Shown: piece by piece, positions 37,058 to 46,660 of the stretch
Layout of the letters: each line of letters begins with the position of its first letter
Numbering within the stretch: position 1 is the first letter of the stretch
Virus record (IMG/VR): IMGVR_UViG_3300045988_051134
Strand: one strand, 5' to 3'
Length of the DNA: 46,789 nt
Origin: a virus
The notes under the pieces: generated by a model
What the model was told of the DNA's origin: nothing
The model's input: only the letters and a program-made list of their open reading frames with translations
The model's database searches: none
Position numbers and translations under genes: made by a program

Positions 37058-37086
37058 GCCCGGTGGTTAAGCGACCGGGCACTTTT
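37058..37086 (+). terminator. Putative intrinsic terminator after arpU and the minihelix
   Basis: gcccggt/accgggc 7-bp stem, 9-nt loop, then ACTTTT (short T-run). Confidence 0.45.
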
Positions 37087-37143
37087 CCCTAAATTATTCC
37101 TCTAATTACTTCCGTTTTTCATAATTCATACATTATACACATT

Positions 37144-37257
37144 AGCTGGTTGGGTAGTGCCTATCTCCTTTAGTAGTCTGACCAATACCTAATTACAACT
37201 CAACTCATTGCTGTCATAAATGCTTTGGCACGGCAGGTTCGATTCCTGCACCAGCTT
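37144..37257 (+). ncRNA. 114-nt tRNA-like element: perfect acceptor stem + T-arm enclosing a non-canonical core
   Basis: 5' agctggt pairs with 3' accagct. T-arm is gcagg-TTCGATT-cctgc. The about 80 nt between them does not fold into standard D and anticodon arms by eye. Followed by hairpin gcccc-tttt-ggggc. Confidence 0.35.
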
Positions 37258-37344
37258 TAGCCCCTTTTGGGGCATAGAAAAAAACGTTAGCAATAACTCT
37301 TTATTTAATTATTGTTTCCTCCAAATATTTTTTAAGCGAATGTC

Positions 37345-37369
37345 ACTGGTTCGATTCCACTGGGATTCA
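37345..37369 (+). other. tRNA 3'-end-like fragment (T-arm + 3' acceptor strand)
   Basis: actgg-TTCGATT-ccact (one mismatch) + gggattc-a. No complementary 5' acceptor strand upstream. Confidence 0.4.
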
Positions 37370-37465
37370 TAGCCCTCTTGAGTTTCTAGTTACCCGCAGA
37401 AACTCAACCAAGCGATGACGATATTACTATCAGGTATCCGAGCGGGCAATAGACAGACACGTTAA

Positions 37466-37491
37466 GCATGGCCTGGTGGCCGTGCTTTTTT
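37466..37491 (+). terminator. Strong intrinsic terminator 22-31 nt upstream of the terS start
   Basis: gcatggcc-tggt-ggccgtgc (8 bp, one G-U) followed by TTTTTTGTTT. Confidence 0.75.
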
Positions 37492-37513
37492 GTTTCAGTA
37501 AGAAGTAAGAAAG

Positions 37514-37951
37514 GTGGTGACAGTGCTGAAGCTTACGATTAAACAGAAAAAATTTGCTGACGAATATATTCGGCTTGGCAACTCCACACAGGCTGCCATC
37601 CTTGCTGGATATTCCAAAAAAACAGCGCGGCAAATAGGTGCAGATAACTTGTCAAAGTCTTACATTCGTGAGTACATCAATGAAAAAATGGATGCTTTGG
37701 ACAAGAAGAAAACCATGCAGATCAAGGAAATCATGGAAGAGCTGACGTCCATAGCTCGTGGTGAACTCAAAGAAGAGCGCCTAGATAAAAACGGCAACAT
37801 CGTGGAGACACGTCCGCTTTTTGCGGATCGCCTAAAAGCGATGGACATGCTGGGCAAGCGCTATGGCATGTGGAATGGCATGGCGCAGGAAGCTGCCAGT
37901 CAAACCGTGATCATCGATGACATGACGGATGGTGATGAAGATGAAGGTTAG
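37514..37951 (+). CDS. terS: Terminase small subunit
   Basis: 145 aa from the track start; GTG 37523 after AAAGGTGG may be the true start. LTIKQKKFADEYIRLGNSTQAAILAGYSKKTARQIG is a typical Terminase_2-type HTH N-terminus. Confidence 0.8.
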   Translation: MVTVLKLTIKQKKFADEYIRLGNSTQAAILAGYSKKTARQIGADNLSKSYIREYINEKMDALDKKKTMQIKEIMEELTSIARGELKEERLDKNGNIVETRPLFADRLKAMDMLGKRYGMWNGMAQEAASQTVIIDDMTDGDEDEG

Positions 37952-39242
37952 ACTGACAGACCAGATCAACCCGCACTTCCGTAAACTCTGGAATACTGAA
38001 AAGCCCTACGTCATCGCTAAAGGAGGGCGTGGTAGCTTTAAATCCTCCGTGATCAGCATCAAACTTGTCTTTGACATGCTTAAGGCTATCAACGCTGGAC
38101 ATAAAGCAAACGTGGTCTGCATCCGTGAAAACGCCAGCTACCTGCGGGACTCGGTTTATAACCAGATTCTCTGGGCTATGGATATCCTTAAGGTTAGTGA
38201 CCAGTTCAGAACCAGGGCAAGCCCACTTAAGATTGAACATATTCAATCTGGTTCAACTTTTTACTTCTACGGCGCTAATGACCCGTTAAAGCTTAAGTCT
38301 AACAATGTCGGCAATATAATCGCGGTGTGGTTAGAAGAATTTGCCAATTTAAAAAATATCGACGTGTTCGACCAAGCGATACCGACCTTTATCCGACAAA
38401 AGCCATCCTGGCTAGACCAGGCTAAGGTTTACTGCTCCTATAACCCGCCTAAAAATCCTTATCTGTGGATAAATGAGTGGATAACTCAAAAGGAAAGTGA
38501 TCCAAATTTCTTTATTGATCATTCCACTTATTTGGACGACAAGCTGGGCTTTACGACCAAGCAGCAGCTGGACATGATCGATTCTTACAAGAAAAACGAC
38601 TTCGATTATTATCGATGGCTTTATCTTGGCGAGGTCGTAGGTCTAGGAACCAATGTCTACAACATGGATCTATTCCATTCAGCCAGTGCAATCCCTGACG
38701 GTGACTACATCACCGACATCTACTACGGCATGGACGCAGGACACGAAGTCTCTGCCACCACGGTGGTTGCAGTAGGTCTCACTCGCAAGGGCGACGTTTA
38801 CCTGCTGGACACCTACTACTACTCACCAGCAGGCAAGACGAACAAGAAGCCACCTAGCGAATTGGCTAAAGACATCCATGACTTTATCGACAAGGTGACA
38901 GAGAAGTATGATAAGTATCCAACACGGTTGACAATGGATTCGGCCGAAGGTGCGCTTGACAATCAGTATTACTCGATGTATGGGATCCGCTGGCACAAGG
39001 TCCACAAGCTTAAAGAAGTTGACATGATCGACCGGGTCCAGGATCTACTGGCACAAGGCCGAGTTTATTATCTTGACCAGCCTGCCAATCAGATTTTTAT
39101 CAAGGAACACCAAAAATATCAATGGGATGAAAACACGCTCCAAAGCGACAGTCCCAAGGTTATCAAGGAAGACGACCACACGGTCGATGCTTTTAAGTAT
39201 TGCGTGCTAGACAACGAAAGAGACTTCGGTTTGAAGTGGTAG
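37929..39242 (+). CDS. terL: Terminase large subunit
   Basis: 437 aa. Walker A-like AKGGRGSFKS, WLEE (Walker B-like), nuclease-half D..D motifs. Overlaps the terS end. Uninterrupted ORF with no intron. Confidence 0.85.
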   Translation: MVMKMKVRLTDQINPHFRKLWNTEKPYVIAKGGRGSFKSSVISIKLVFDMLKAINAGHKANVVCIRENASYLRDSVYNQILWAMDILKVSDQFRTRASPLKIEHIQSGSTFYFYGANDPLKLKSNNVGNIIAVWLEEFANLKNIDVFDQAIPTFIRQKPSWLDQAKVYCSYNPPKNPYLWINEWITQKESDPNFFIDHSTYLDDKLGFTTKQQLDMIDSYKKNDFDYYRWLYLGEVVGLGTNVYNMDLFHSASAIPDGDYITDIYYGMDAGHEVSATTVVAVGLTRKGDVYLLDTYYYSPAGKTNKKPPSELAKDIHDFIDKVTEKYDKYPTRLTMDSAEGALDNQYYSMYGIRWHKVHKLKEVDMIDRVQDLLAQGRVYYLDQPANQIFIKEHQKYQWDENTLQSDSPKVIKEDDHTVDAFKYCVLDNERDFGLKW

Positions 39243-39252
39243 GAGGTGGAAT

Positions 39253-40770
39253 ATGGCTTTTTGGGATACACTCAGAAATTTGTTTCGGAAAGGAAGTGCA
39301 GCAGTCGGAATGACCAAAAGTTTAGGCCAGATCATTGACAATCCCCGGATCAATATGCCCGCCGATGAGGTGGAGCGGATTGCACGGGACAAGCGTTATT
39401 ACATGGATGACTTTAAACAAGTCACCCACAAGAATTCATACGGCGAAACGCAGAAGCATGAACTGCAATCAGTTAATGTCACCAAGCTGGCCAGTGCTAA
39501 GCTTGCCAGTTTAATTTTTAACGAGCAGTGCCAGGTCACCGTCAGCGATGAGACTGCCAACGACTTTTTGGACGGCGTTTTCCAGGATAGCGAATTCTAT
39601 ACTACTTTTGAAGAGAAGCTGGAAGAATGGATTGCACTGGGATCTGGGTGTGTTCGTCCGTATGTAGAAAATGGCAAGATTAAACTAGCCTGGGCCACGG
39701 CTGACCAAATTTACCCGCTTCAAGCTGATACTAACAAAGTCAACGAATTGGCAATCGCATCCAAAACAACCCAAGTTGAAGGCCACCGAACCATCTACTA
39801 CACGCTGCTTGAATTCCACCAATGGGACCACGGCGACTATGTGATTACCAACGAGCTCTATCGCTCAGAAACAGCCGACACGGTCGGAATTAACGTCCCT
39901 CTGAGCACTTTAGAGCAGTATGAAGGGTTAGAGCCACAAGTCAAGATTACCGGCTTAAAACGCCCTTTATTCGCCTTCTATCGTAACAAAGGTAGCAACA
40001 ATAAAAACCTTACAAGCCCAATGGGCCTGTCGCTGATTGACAACTCTTACACTGTAATCGACGCAATCAACCGAACACACGACCAGTTTGTCGAAGAAGT
40101 TAAGAAGGGCCAGCGGCGTTTAATTGTTCCGGCTGAATGGCTCAAGACTGGATCAAGTTATGGCGGGCAGGCAAGTGAAACTCATCCGCCGATGTTTGAC
40201 CCAGACGAAACTGTTTACCAAGCTATGTACGGGGATGCTAGCGAAGTGGGCTTCCATGACGCGACTAGCCCGATTCGGGTGGCTGATTATCAAGCAACGA
40301 TGGACTTTTTCCTGCGGGAATTTGAAAACCAGACGGGGTTATCACAGGGCACGTTCACAACATCACCGAGCGGCATTCAAACGGCCACCGAGGTGGTTAC
40401 TAACAACTCCCAGACCTATCAAACACGGTCCTCTTACATTACCCAGGTAGAAAAGACTATCAAGGCATTGGTCTATGCTATCTTCGAACTAGCAAGCGTG
40501 GACAGCTTCTATGCTGACGGCCAAGCGAGATGGACTGGCGATTTAGATAGCCTGGATATCACGATCAACTTCAACGATGGCGTTTTTGTTGACCAGGAAA
40601 GCAAGCGCGCGGCCGACTTGCAGGCAGTTCAAGCCCAGGTCATGCCAAAGAAGCAATTTTTAATGCGCAACTACGGATTAGACGAAGAAGAAGCCGATAA
40701 GTGGTTGGCACAAATCGATGCGGAGAATTCAACGGCAGAACCAGAATTTAATCAGTTTGGTGGTGAATAA
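39253..40770 (+). CDS. Portal protein (SPP1 gp6-like)
   Basis: 505 aa with GGAGGTGG RBS. Size and position directly after terL. Confidence 0.8.
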   Translation: MAFWDTLRNLFRKGSAAVGMTKSLGQIIDNPRINMPADEVERIARDKRYYMDDFKQVTHKNSYGETQKHELQSVNVTKLASAKLASLIFNEQCQVTVSDETANDFLDGVFQDSEFYTTFEEKLEEWIALGSGCVRPYVENGKIKLAWATADQIYPLQADTNKVNELAIASKTTQVEGHRTIYYTLLEFHQWDHGDYVITNELYRSETADTVGINVPLSTLEQYEGLEPQVKITGLKRPLFAFYRNKGSNNKNLTSPMGLSLIDNSYTVIDAINRTHDQFVEEVKKGQRRLIVPAEWLKTGSSYGGQASETHPPMFDPDETVYQAMYGDASEVGFHDATSPIRVADYQATMDFFLREFENQTGLSQGTFTTSPSGIQTATEVVTNNSQTYQTRSSYITQVEKTIKALVYAIFELASVDSFYADGQARWTGDLDSLDITINFNDGVFVDQESKRAADLQAVQAQVMPKKQFLMRNYGLDEEEADKWLAQIDAENSTAEPEFNQFGGE

Positions 40771-40772
40771 CC

Positions 40773-41900
40773 ATGAGCCCCGCGGAGAAGGTTGCCGACC
40801 AATATGTTATTCTGCAGCAGGAAATATTCGGAATGCTAATCGACACGATTAAAGGTGTCCGACCTCGATTGACTGATCTTAAGGCTGAGGAAATGGTTGA
40901 ATGGCGGATTAAAGCACTAGCTCAAATGGGTGCTTTAACCAAGCAGGTAGTTGACTACGTTAAAAAGCAATCGCCTGCAATTGCAAAAGCGGTTGATTCC
41001 GTAATCAAGCGCGATGGATTAAAGGTCAGCCAGTCCTTCAACCGGGACCTGGCTAAGCTTTTAAATCAGCCAATTAAGCCAGTTAGCACTGAAACAATGC
41101 AAGTGCTAGACTCCTATGCAGCCCAAACTTGGGAAAGCCTAGACAACAACGTCAACCAGTCGCTATTGTCCACCAACGTGGGCAAGAATACCGCTTTGAG
41201 GGTTTACCAAGATATTCTAAACAAATCTACCTTGGCGGTCACAACAGGCCTTAAAACACCTCAGGAAGCGATTTTTGACAATATCGACGACTGGGTTAAG
41301 ACTGGCCTGCCTACCACCTTAATTGACAAGGGCGGCCACAAATGGAGCCTTGAGGGCTATACAAGAACGGTCATTACTACAACCACCTTGCGAACTTATA
41401 ACGACGTTAGAATGCAATCATTAAAAGATTACAGCCAAACGTTGGCGATTATGACGTCGCACCCAGCAGCCAGACCAGCTTGCGCTCCAATCCAAGGGAA
41501 GGTGGTAAACGTGGTGGATCACGGGGATTCACGTTTTAACCATAAGTATCCGACAATCTACGATTACGGATACGGAACGCCTGCAGGAACCCTGGGAATT
41601 AACTGCATGCACCAGCTCTATCCTTATGTTGAAGGTGTTACAATTAACCGACAGAAGCACTATGATGAGCAAGAAGCAATTGAAAACGGCAAAAAGCAAC
41701 AGCTTCAGCGCTACTACGAACGGCAGGTCCGCAAGTGGAAGCAGCGCAAGGAAGCGGCTGAACGAATCGGCAACACGAATCTGGCAGCGAAATGCAGTAG
41801 CGCAATTCGCGGCTATCAAGCCAAAATTAGAAAAATAGTAAGTGAAAATGATTTCTTAACCCGGCAATATGACCGGGAATCGACCTGGGTAAGTCGTTAA
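40773..41900 (+). CDS. Head morphogenesis/minor capsid protein (SPP1 gp7-like)
   Basis: 375 aa, directly after the portal gene. Confidence 0.7.
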   Translation: MSPAEKVADQYVILQQEIFGMLIDTIKGVRPRLTDLKAEEMVEWRIKALAQMGALTKQVVDYVKKQSPAIAKAVDSVIKRDGLKVSQSFNRDLAKLLNQPIKPVSTETMQVLDSYAAQTWESLDNNVNQSLLSTNVGKNTALRVYQDILNKSTLAVTTGLKTPQEAIFDNIDDWVKTGLPTTLIDKGGHKWSLEGYTRTVITTTTLRTYNDVRMQSLKDYSQTLAIMTSHPAARPACAPIQGKVVNVVDHGDSRFNHKYPTIYDYGYGTPAGTLGINCMHQLYPYVEGVTINRQKHYDEQEAIENGKKQQLQRYYERQVRKWKQRKEAAERIGNTNLAAKCSSAIRGYQAKIRKIVSENDFLTRQYDRESTWVSR

Positions 41901-41964
41901 AAGGCCTTATTGTTATGTCCTGATCGAGTTCGTCACTCGTAAAACTAACGTAAAGGAGACACTA

Positions 41965-42501
41965 ATGGAAAGAAAATTTTTGACAGATTTAGGACTGGAT
42001 TCAGACCAGGTTAACAGCATCATGGCTCAATATGGCAAGGATTTACAGAAGTATGAAGGCCTGGAAGCTGAAAGAGATGCGCTTAAGAAGACTAGTAGTG
42101 AATTGTCAAGCAAAATTGAAGATTTGAAGGCAAATAACGCCAACGTCGAAGAACTGACCCAGCAAATCGAGAAATTGAAGTCGGACAATGAAAAAGCCGC
42201 AAAGCAATTGAACGCTCAGAAACTTGAATTTGCCGTCACCAGCACTATTAAGGACTTTGGCGCCAAGAATGCTAAAGCGGTTAAGGCTCTACTTAACCAC
42301 GATGACATTCGCTTTGACAGCAAGGGCAATTTAACCGGGTTGGAAGATCAGCTTAAATCTCTCAAGGAATCAGAAAGCTATTTGTTTGCAGAAGACAAGC
42401 CTGCTGGCAAGCCAATTCAGGCATTTCCTACGGGGAACCCGGAAGCTGGCGGTAAGGATGTCAGCCTGCATCAAAAAATTGCACAAAGATTGAAAGGATA
42501 A
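41965..42501 (+). CDS. Scaffolding protein
   Basis: 178 aa, highly charged coiled coil (EELTQQIEKLKSDNEKAAKQL), immediately before the capsid gene. Confidence 0.7.
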   Translation: MERKFLTDLGLDSDQVNSIMAQYGKDLQKYEGLEAERDALKKTSSELSSKIEDLKANNANVEELTQQIEKLKSDNEKAAKQLNAQKLEFAVTSTIKDFGAKNAKAVKALLNHDDIRFDSKGNLTGLEDQLKSLKESESYLFAEDKPAGKPIQAFPTGNPEAGGKDVSLHQKIAQRLKG

Positions 42502-42509
42502 GTAAGTAA

Positions 42510-43372
<863 letters not shown>

Positions 43373-43373
<1 letters not shown>

Positions 43374-43591
43374 TGGTGGCCAAGTACAAGGTAGTTCACG
43401 ATTTCTGGGGCCGAAAGGAGCACAGATACTTTTTCAAAGGCCAAAAAATTGACGTGGACGATGACAGAGCAGAAGAGCTGTTAGCCACTCACCCAACTGT
43501 TGGCACTCCGCTGATTGAAGCTGCGACTAAGCGGACCGTCAAAAAGAAGGAAGAAGTGACTAGCGATGAAACCGTATCTGACGACAAGTGA
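43373..43591 (+). CDS. Hypothetical protein
   Basis: 72 aa; TAATG overlap with the MCP stop. Confidence 0.5.
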
Positions 43592-44000
43592 TTTCGAAAA
43601 ATTCGGCTTTGAACTGAAAAAACCGGACAACTTCGATAAGCTGTTAGCGAATGCTACAGTCCTAATTAACCAGATTTGTTCGTACTATGACCCAGCTTTT
43701 GCTTACCACGACCTGGAGGCTGATTCGCAAGCCGATCCGGATAGCTATCTGTTCCGCCAGGCAATGGCTTTTAAAAAGGCGGTGGCCTTGGAGATGTTAT
43801 TCCTGGAAGAAAGCGGCTATTCTAGCGCCTACGAGGTCGCACAATGCGCTTTAAGCTCGTTTACGGTAGGACATACCAGCATGAGTTTAAACCCCTCAGC
43901 AAGCCAGAATTTGACCGTAGGAGGCACCGGAGTAGTTAAGTCAGCCTACGACCTTCTTGGACGCTATGGACTACTGTTTAGTGGGGTGTCAAGTTTATGA
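43566..44000 (+). CDS. Putative head-tail connector/adaptor
   Basis: 144 aa; position-based call (MCP to major tail interval). Confidence 0.45.
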   Translation: MKPYLTTSDFEKFGFELKKPDNFDKLLANATVLINQICSYYDPAFAYHDLEADSQADPDSYLFRQAMAFKKAVALEMLFLEESGYSSAYEVAQCALSSFTVGHTSMSLNPSASQNLTVGGTGVVKSAYDLLGRYGLLFSGVSSL

Positions 44001-44353
44001 AACTCCCAATTCCCTATCAAATGGCCGTGTCGACCGTCCACTTGAAGCTAACTGACCAGAGCGCCAAAAAGGACCGCTATGGTCGTACAATTCCAGCCTG
44101 GGAGGGCGATATCGCAAATAGCGTGGTAAACATGCAAACCACCTATAGCGGCACTAACAATGACCGCCAAATCGTGGCTAACGGGCTGATTTTGTTGTAC
44201 GCCGGATGCTCTAATCCAATTCCAAACTTGACCAAGGAGAACCTTGAATCCAAGCTGACCTATAAAGGGCAAGAATACACGGTGACAAGCATCAATCGCT
44301 TTGATCAGCCTGGCACCGAAGACCTTTATTGCTATGAGCTGGAGGTAATCTAA
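43997..44353 (+). CDS. Putative head-closure/neck protein
   Basis: 118 aa; 4-nt overlap with the upstream gene; position-based call. Confidence 0.45.
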   Translation: MKLPIPYQMAVSTVHLKLTDQSAKKDRYGRTIPAWEGDIANSVVNMQTTYSGTNNDRQIVANGLILLYAGCSNPIPNLTKENLESKLTYKGQEYTVTSINRFDQPGTEDLYCYELEVI

Positions 44354-44694
44354 TGAGCGATTTACGCGTTTTTAGCCGTATGGCTCAGAGTACGAGTTCC
44401 CGAAGCGTAAGGCTCCAGGTGCTCAACCAGATGCACCAAGACATGGAACAATACGTGCCTAAAAGGGCAGGATTTTTGAGGTCTCAGAGTTTTGTCAACG
44501 ATACTGGCGTCCATTACACCGCCAAATACGCGAGAGCGCAGTTCTACGGCTTCGTAAATGGTCACCGGGTACGGAACTACTCAACGCCAGGAACGGGCCG
44601 CAGATGGGATTTAAGAGCCAAATCGGTGTATAAGGCAGATTGGCAGAAGGTGGCGGTTGCCGCCTTCTTAAAGGAGGCAAAGGGTGGATACTAA
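44353..44694 (+). CDS. Putative neck/minor capsid protein
   Basis: 113 aa. ...YTAKYARAQFYG...STPGTGRRW... resembles the 'minor capsid protein' family of LAB phages. Confidence 0.45.
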   Translation: MSDLRVFSRMAQSTSSRSVRLQVLNQMHQDMEQYVPKRAGFLRSQSFVNDTGVHYTAKYARAQFYGFVNGHRVRNYSTPGTGRRWDLRAKSVYKADWQKVAVAAFLKEAKGGY

Positions 44695-45097
44695 GCAACT
44701 CGATTTAGACGACCGCCTGGCGGACTTTTTCGACAAGGAGACGGGCGGCTCGATCATGCTGGGGCACATGCCCGAAAATGGGCAAGTTAGCCTTTTGCAG
44801 GACCCTGGGTCCGCACCAACAGGCGCGCCGTATTTTAACGGCAATCAACCTATGAGCATGCAGTATGAAATTCTCTGCTCGACGGAAGATTATCTTACGG
44901 CACGCCAGCTGTTGAGCCCGATTGCTAATGCAATTTCAAGAATTAGCGGTGACACGGTGAAATCTCAAAACGGGACCTTTACCTGCGACCATGCAGAAAT
45001 TACCGGGTTCCCGTTTAATCAACTAGTCGACACGGCCGGTAAGATGTACTGGATAACGAATTTTATTGTTTACATTGATTTAATAAGAAAGGACTAA
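44684..45097 (+). CDS. Putative tail-completion/neck protein
   Basis: 137 aa; last gene before the major tail gene. Confidence 0.45.
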   Translation: MDTKQLDLDDRLADFFDKETGGSIMLGHMPENGQVSLLQDPGSAPTGAPYFNGNQPMSMQYEILCSTEDYLTARQLLSPIANAISRISGDTVKSQNGTFTCDHAEITGFPFNQLVDTAGKMYWITNFIVYIDLIRKD

Positions 45098-45101
45098 TCA
45101 A

Positions 45102-45581
45102 ATGGTAGATACCACTAATCCATATTTTCCTCATAACTGGCAGACGGGATATTTTATTGACACAAGAGGTAACCTGGATCCAAAAACGACCACTAACGCA
45201 CGCTTTGCTAGCCTTGCAGCATTTACGACTGGTGTAACTCCAGCGCCTAACGATGTTACTGACTCATCTATTTACTTTGCAGACGAAGACAACGCTAGTC
45301 CAGAAAAGACTGGGACTGCCTACACATGGGCGGTTACTGGCCACGTTCTGGTCGGCGATCCAGCATGTGACTATATTCTTAACTTGTACCAAACTCAAGC
45401 AACTGGCAATGCAGCCAAGACTTTGCTTAAGATCGTATATCCGAACGGCAAGACCTTGATCACCCGCGTAGTTGTGCAAAGCATTGTAGTCGGAGGTGGT
45501 AACGGTAACGCCAAGCAAACCTTGACCTTTACCCTAGCCGAATCCGGAAAAGGTGTCTTAAGCGACACTGTAGGCGTATAA
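45102..45581 (+). CDS. Major tail protein
   Basis: 159 aa, followed by a hairpin + T-run and then the chaperone pair. Confidence 0.65.
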   Translation: MVDTTNPYFPHNWQTGYFIDTRGNLDPKTTTNARFASLAAFTTGVTPAPNDVTDSSIYFADEDNASPEKTGTAYTWAVTGHVLVGDPACDYILNLYQTQATGNAAKTLLKIVYPNGKTLITRVVVQSIVVGGGNGNAKQTLTFTLAESGKGVLSDTVGV

Positions 45582-45583
45582 TT

Positions 45584-45622
45584 AAGAAGGGAGGGCTAGC
45601 TTAACAGCTGGCCTTCTTTTTT
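45584..45622 (+). terminator. Putative intrinsic terminator/attenuator after the major tail gene
   Basis: aagaagg...ccttctt 7-bp stem (large loop with an inner agct/agct pair) followed by TTTT. Confidence 0.4.
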
Positions 45623-45636
45623 AGTAGGAGGCAAAA

Positions 45637-46083
45637 ATGACTGTTTTAAACTTAAACACTAGTGTTCCGAAAATCGATGTTCAACTTGATGGCAAGACTT
45701 ACACCGTTTATGCTAACGACGAAAATATTCGAGTTGCCAGCTCTATTGCTGGCCAGTCAACCAATGTCCAGGCCAAGCTGACCGAACTGGCCCAAGGCCA
45801 GCCTAGTGAAGAAGAAATTGCTAAATTGCTGGGCGAATTGAAGACCACGCTGATTGATGCGATCGACCAGCTGCTTGAGCCAGGCGCCGGTGAAAAGATC
45901 TGGAAGCAGACACACGGATCTTCTGAGGCAGTAGCCCGTGCAATTGGCCAAATTCAAGAAACCCTTAAGCGTGAACGCGAGAAGCAAGCCAGAAGCGAAC
46001 AGGCTAAACTTAATGAGTCGTTCCCGGTAGCCCGTGCAAAGAAGCGCAAGAACAGCAATGCTAAGTCTGTCGACGCCAAGTAA
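45637..46083 (+). CDS. Tail assembly chaperone (G-like)
   Basis: 148 aa with TAGGAGG RBS. Position between major tail and TMP. Overlapped at its 3' end by the next ORF. Confidence 0.65.
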   Translation: MTVLNLNTSVPKIDVQLDGKTYTVYANDENIRVASSIAGQSTNVQAKLTELAQGQPSEEEIAKLLGELKTTLIDAIDQLLEPGAGEKIWKQTHGSSEAVARAIGQIQETLKREREKQARSEQAKLNESFPVARAKKRKNSNAKSVDAK

Positions 46084-46660
46084 GGAAGACCACAAATTCA
46101 TCGAGTTAACCACCGGGGTGTATGAACTGGACTATTCTTACGATAACGTCCTGCGGTGGTTTAACTTGGTCGAATCTGATCTTCCCGAAGAAATCAAGGC
46201 CACACGAACATTCTTAATGTTCGTTGGTCCGGTGGATGCCACCGATGACGACATAGTTAAAACCTTCCAGACGGTATCCGAGGACGTAAGCAAACATCCC
46301 TACGGGAACACGGTTGATAGCGATCCAGTTGGCAAGTGGGACCGGGCATTTGACTTTGAACTCGATTCTGGCGCAATCTACGCCAGTTTTATGCAGACGT
46401 ACCACATCGACTTGCTGGAAGAGAAAGGCAAAATGAGCTGGTTTAAGTTTAAGGCTTTGCTTGACGGTCTGGATCCCGAATCGATTTTTGAAAGAATTGT
46501 TCGAATCCGCAAGGCCGATTTGAGCGAATACAAGGGCAAACAGCTTAATGAAATGGTTGACTGCAAAGAATACTACAGTCTGGCCCAAACTCCGGAAGAC
46601 CAACAGGCCAAAAACGACTACGAGATGCAAAAACAATTCGACCAGATGGGTTTGGTGTAG
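46034..46660 (+). CDS. Tail assembly chaperone, T-like ORF (Gp15-like)
   Basis: This frame is open from 46031 and overlaps the G ORF by about 50 nt in the +1 frame. An internal ATG at 46058 has only a weak RBS. YELDYSYDNVLRWFNLVESDLPEE resembles phage Gp15-type TAC proteins. Confidence 0.6.
   Translation: MQRSARTAMLSLSTPSKEDHKFIELTTGVYELDYSYDNVLRWFNLVESDLPEEIKATRTFLMFVGPVDATDDDIVKTFQTVSEDVSKHPYGNTVDSDPVGKWDRAFDFELDSGAIYASFMQTYHIDLLEEKGKMSWFKFKALLDGLDPESIFERIVRIRKADLSEYKGKQLNEMVDCKEYYSLAQTPEDQQAKNDYEMQKQFDQMGLV

Noticed and set aside
36663-37070. 135-aa ORF (and its mirror at 9720..10127)
   Set aside because: It is out of frame within the ArpU gene and runs through the tRNA-like hairpin and terminator. 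Its composition is low-complexity and it has no RBS. It is a shadow ORF.
37024-37369. Calling three bona fide tRNA genes
   Set aside because: Only T-arms and acceptor strands are recognisable. I could not build D or anticodon arms. One element is a bare minihelix, one is 114 nt long and one lacks a 5' acceptor strand. They are reported as tRNA-like instead.
37929-39242. Group I intron in the large terminase gene, as known in some Lactobacillus delbrueckii phages
   Set aside because: The terL ORF is continuous (437 aa), with no interruption or embedded homing-endonuclease ORF.
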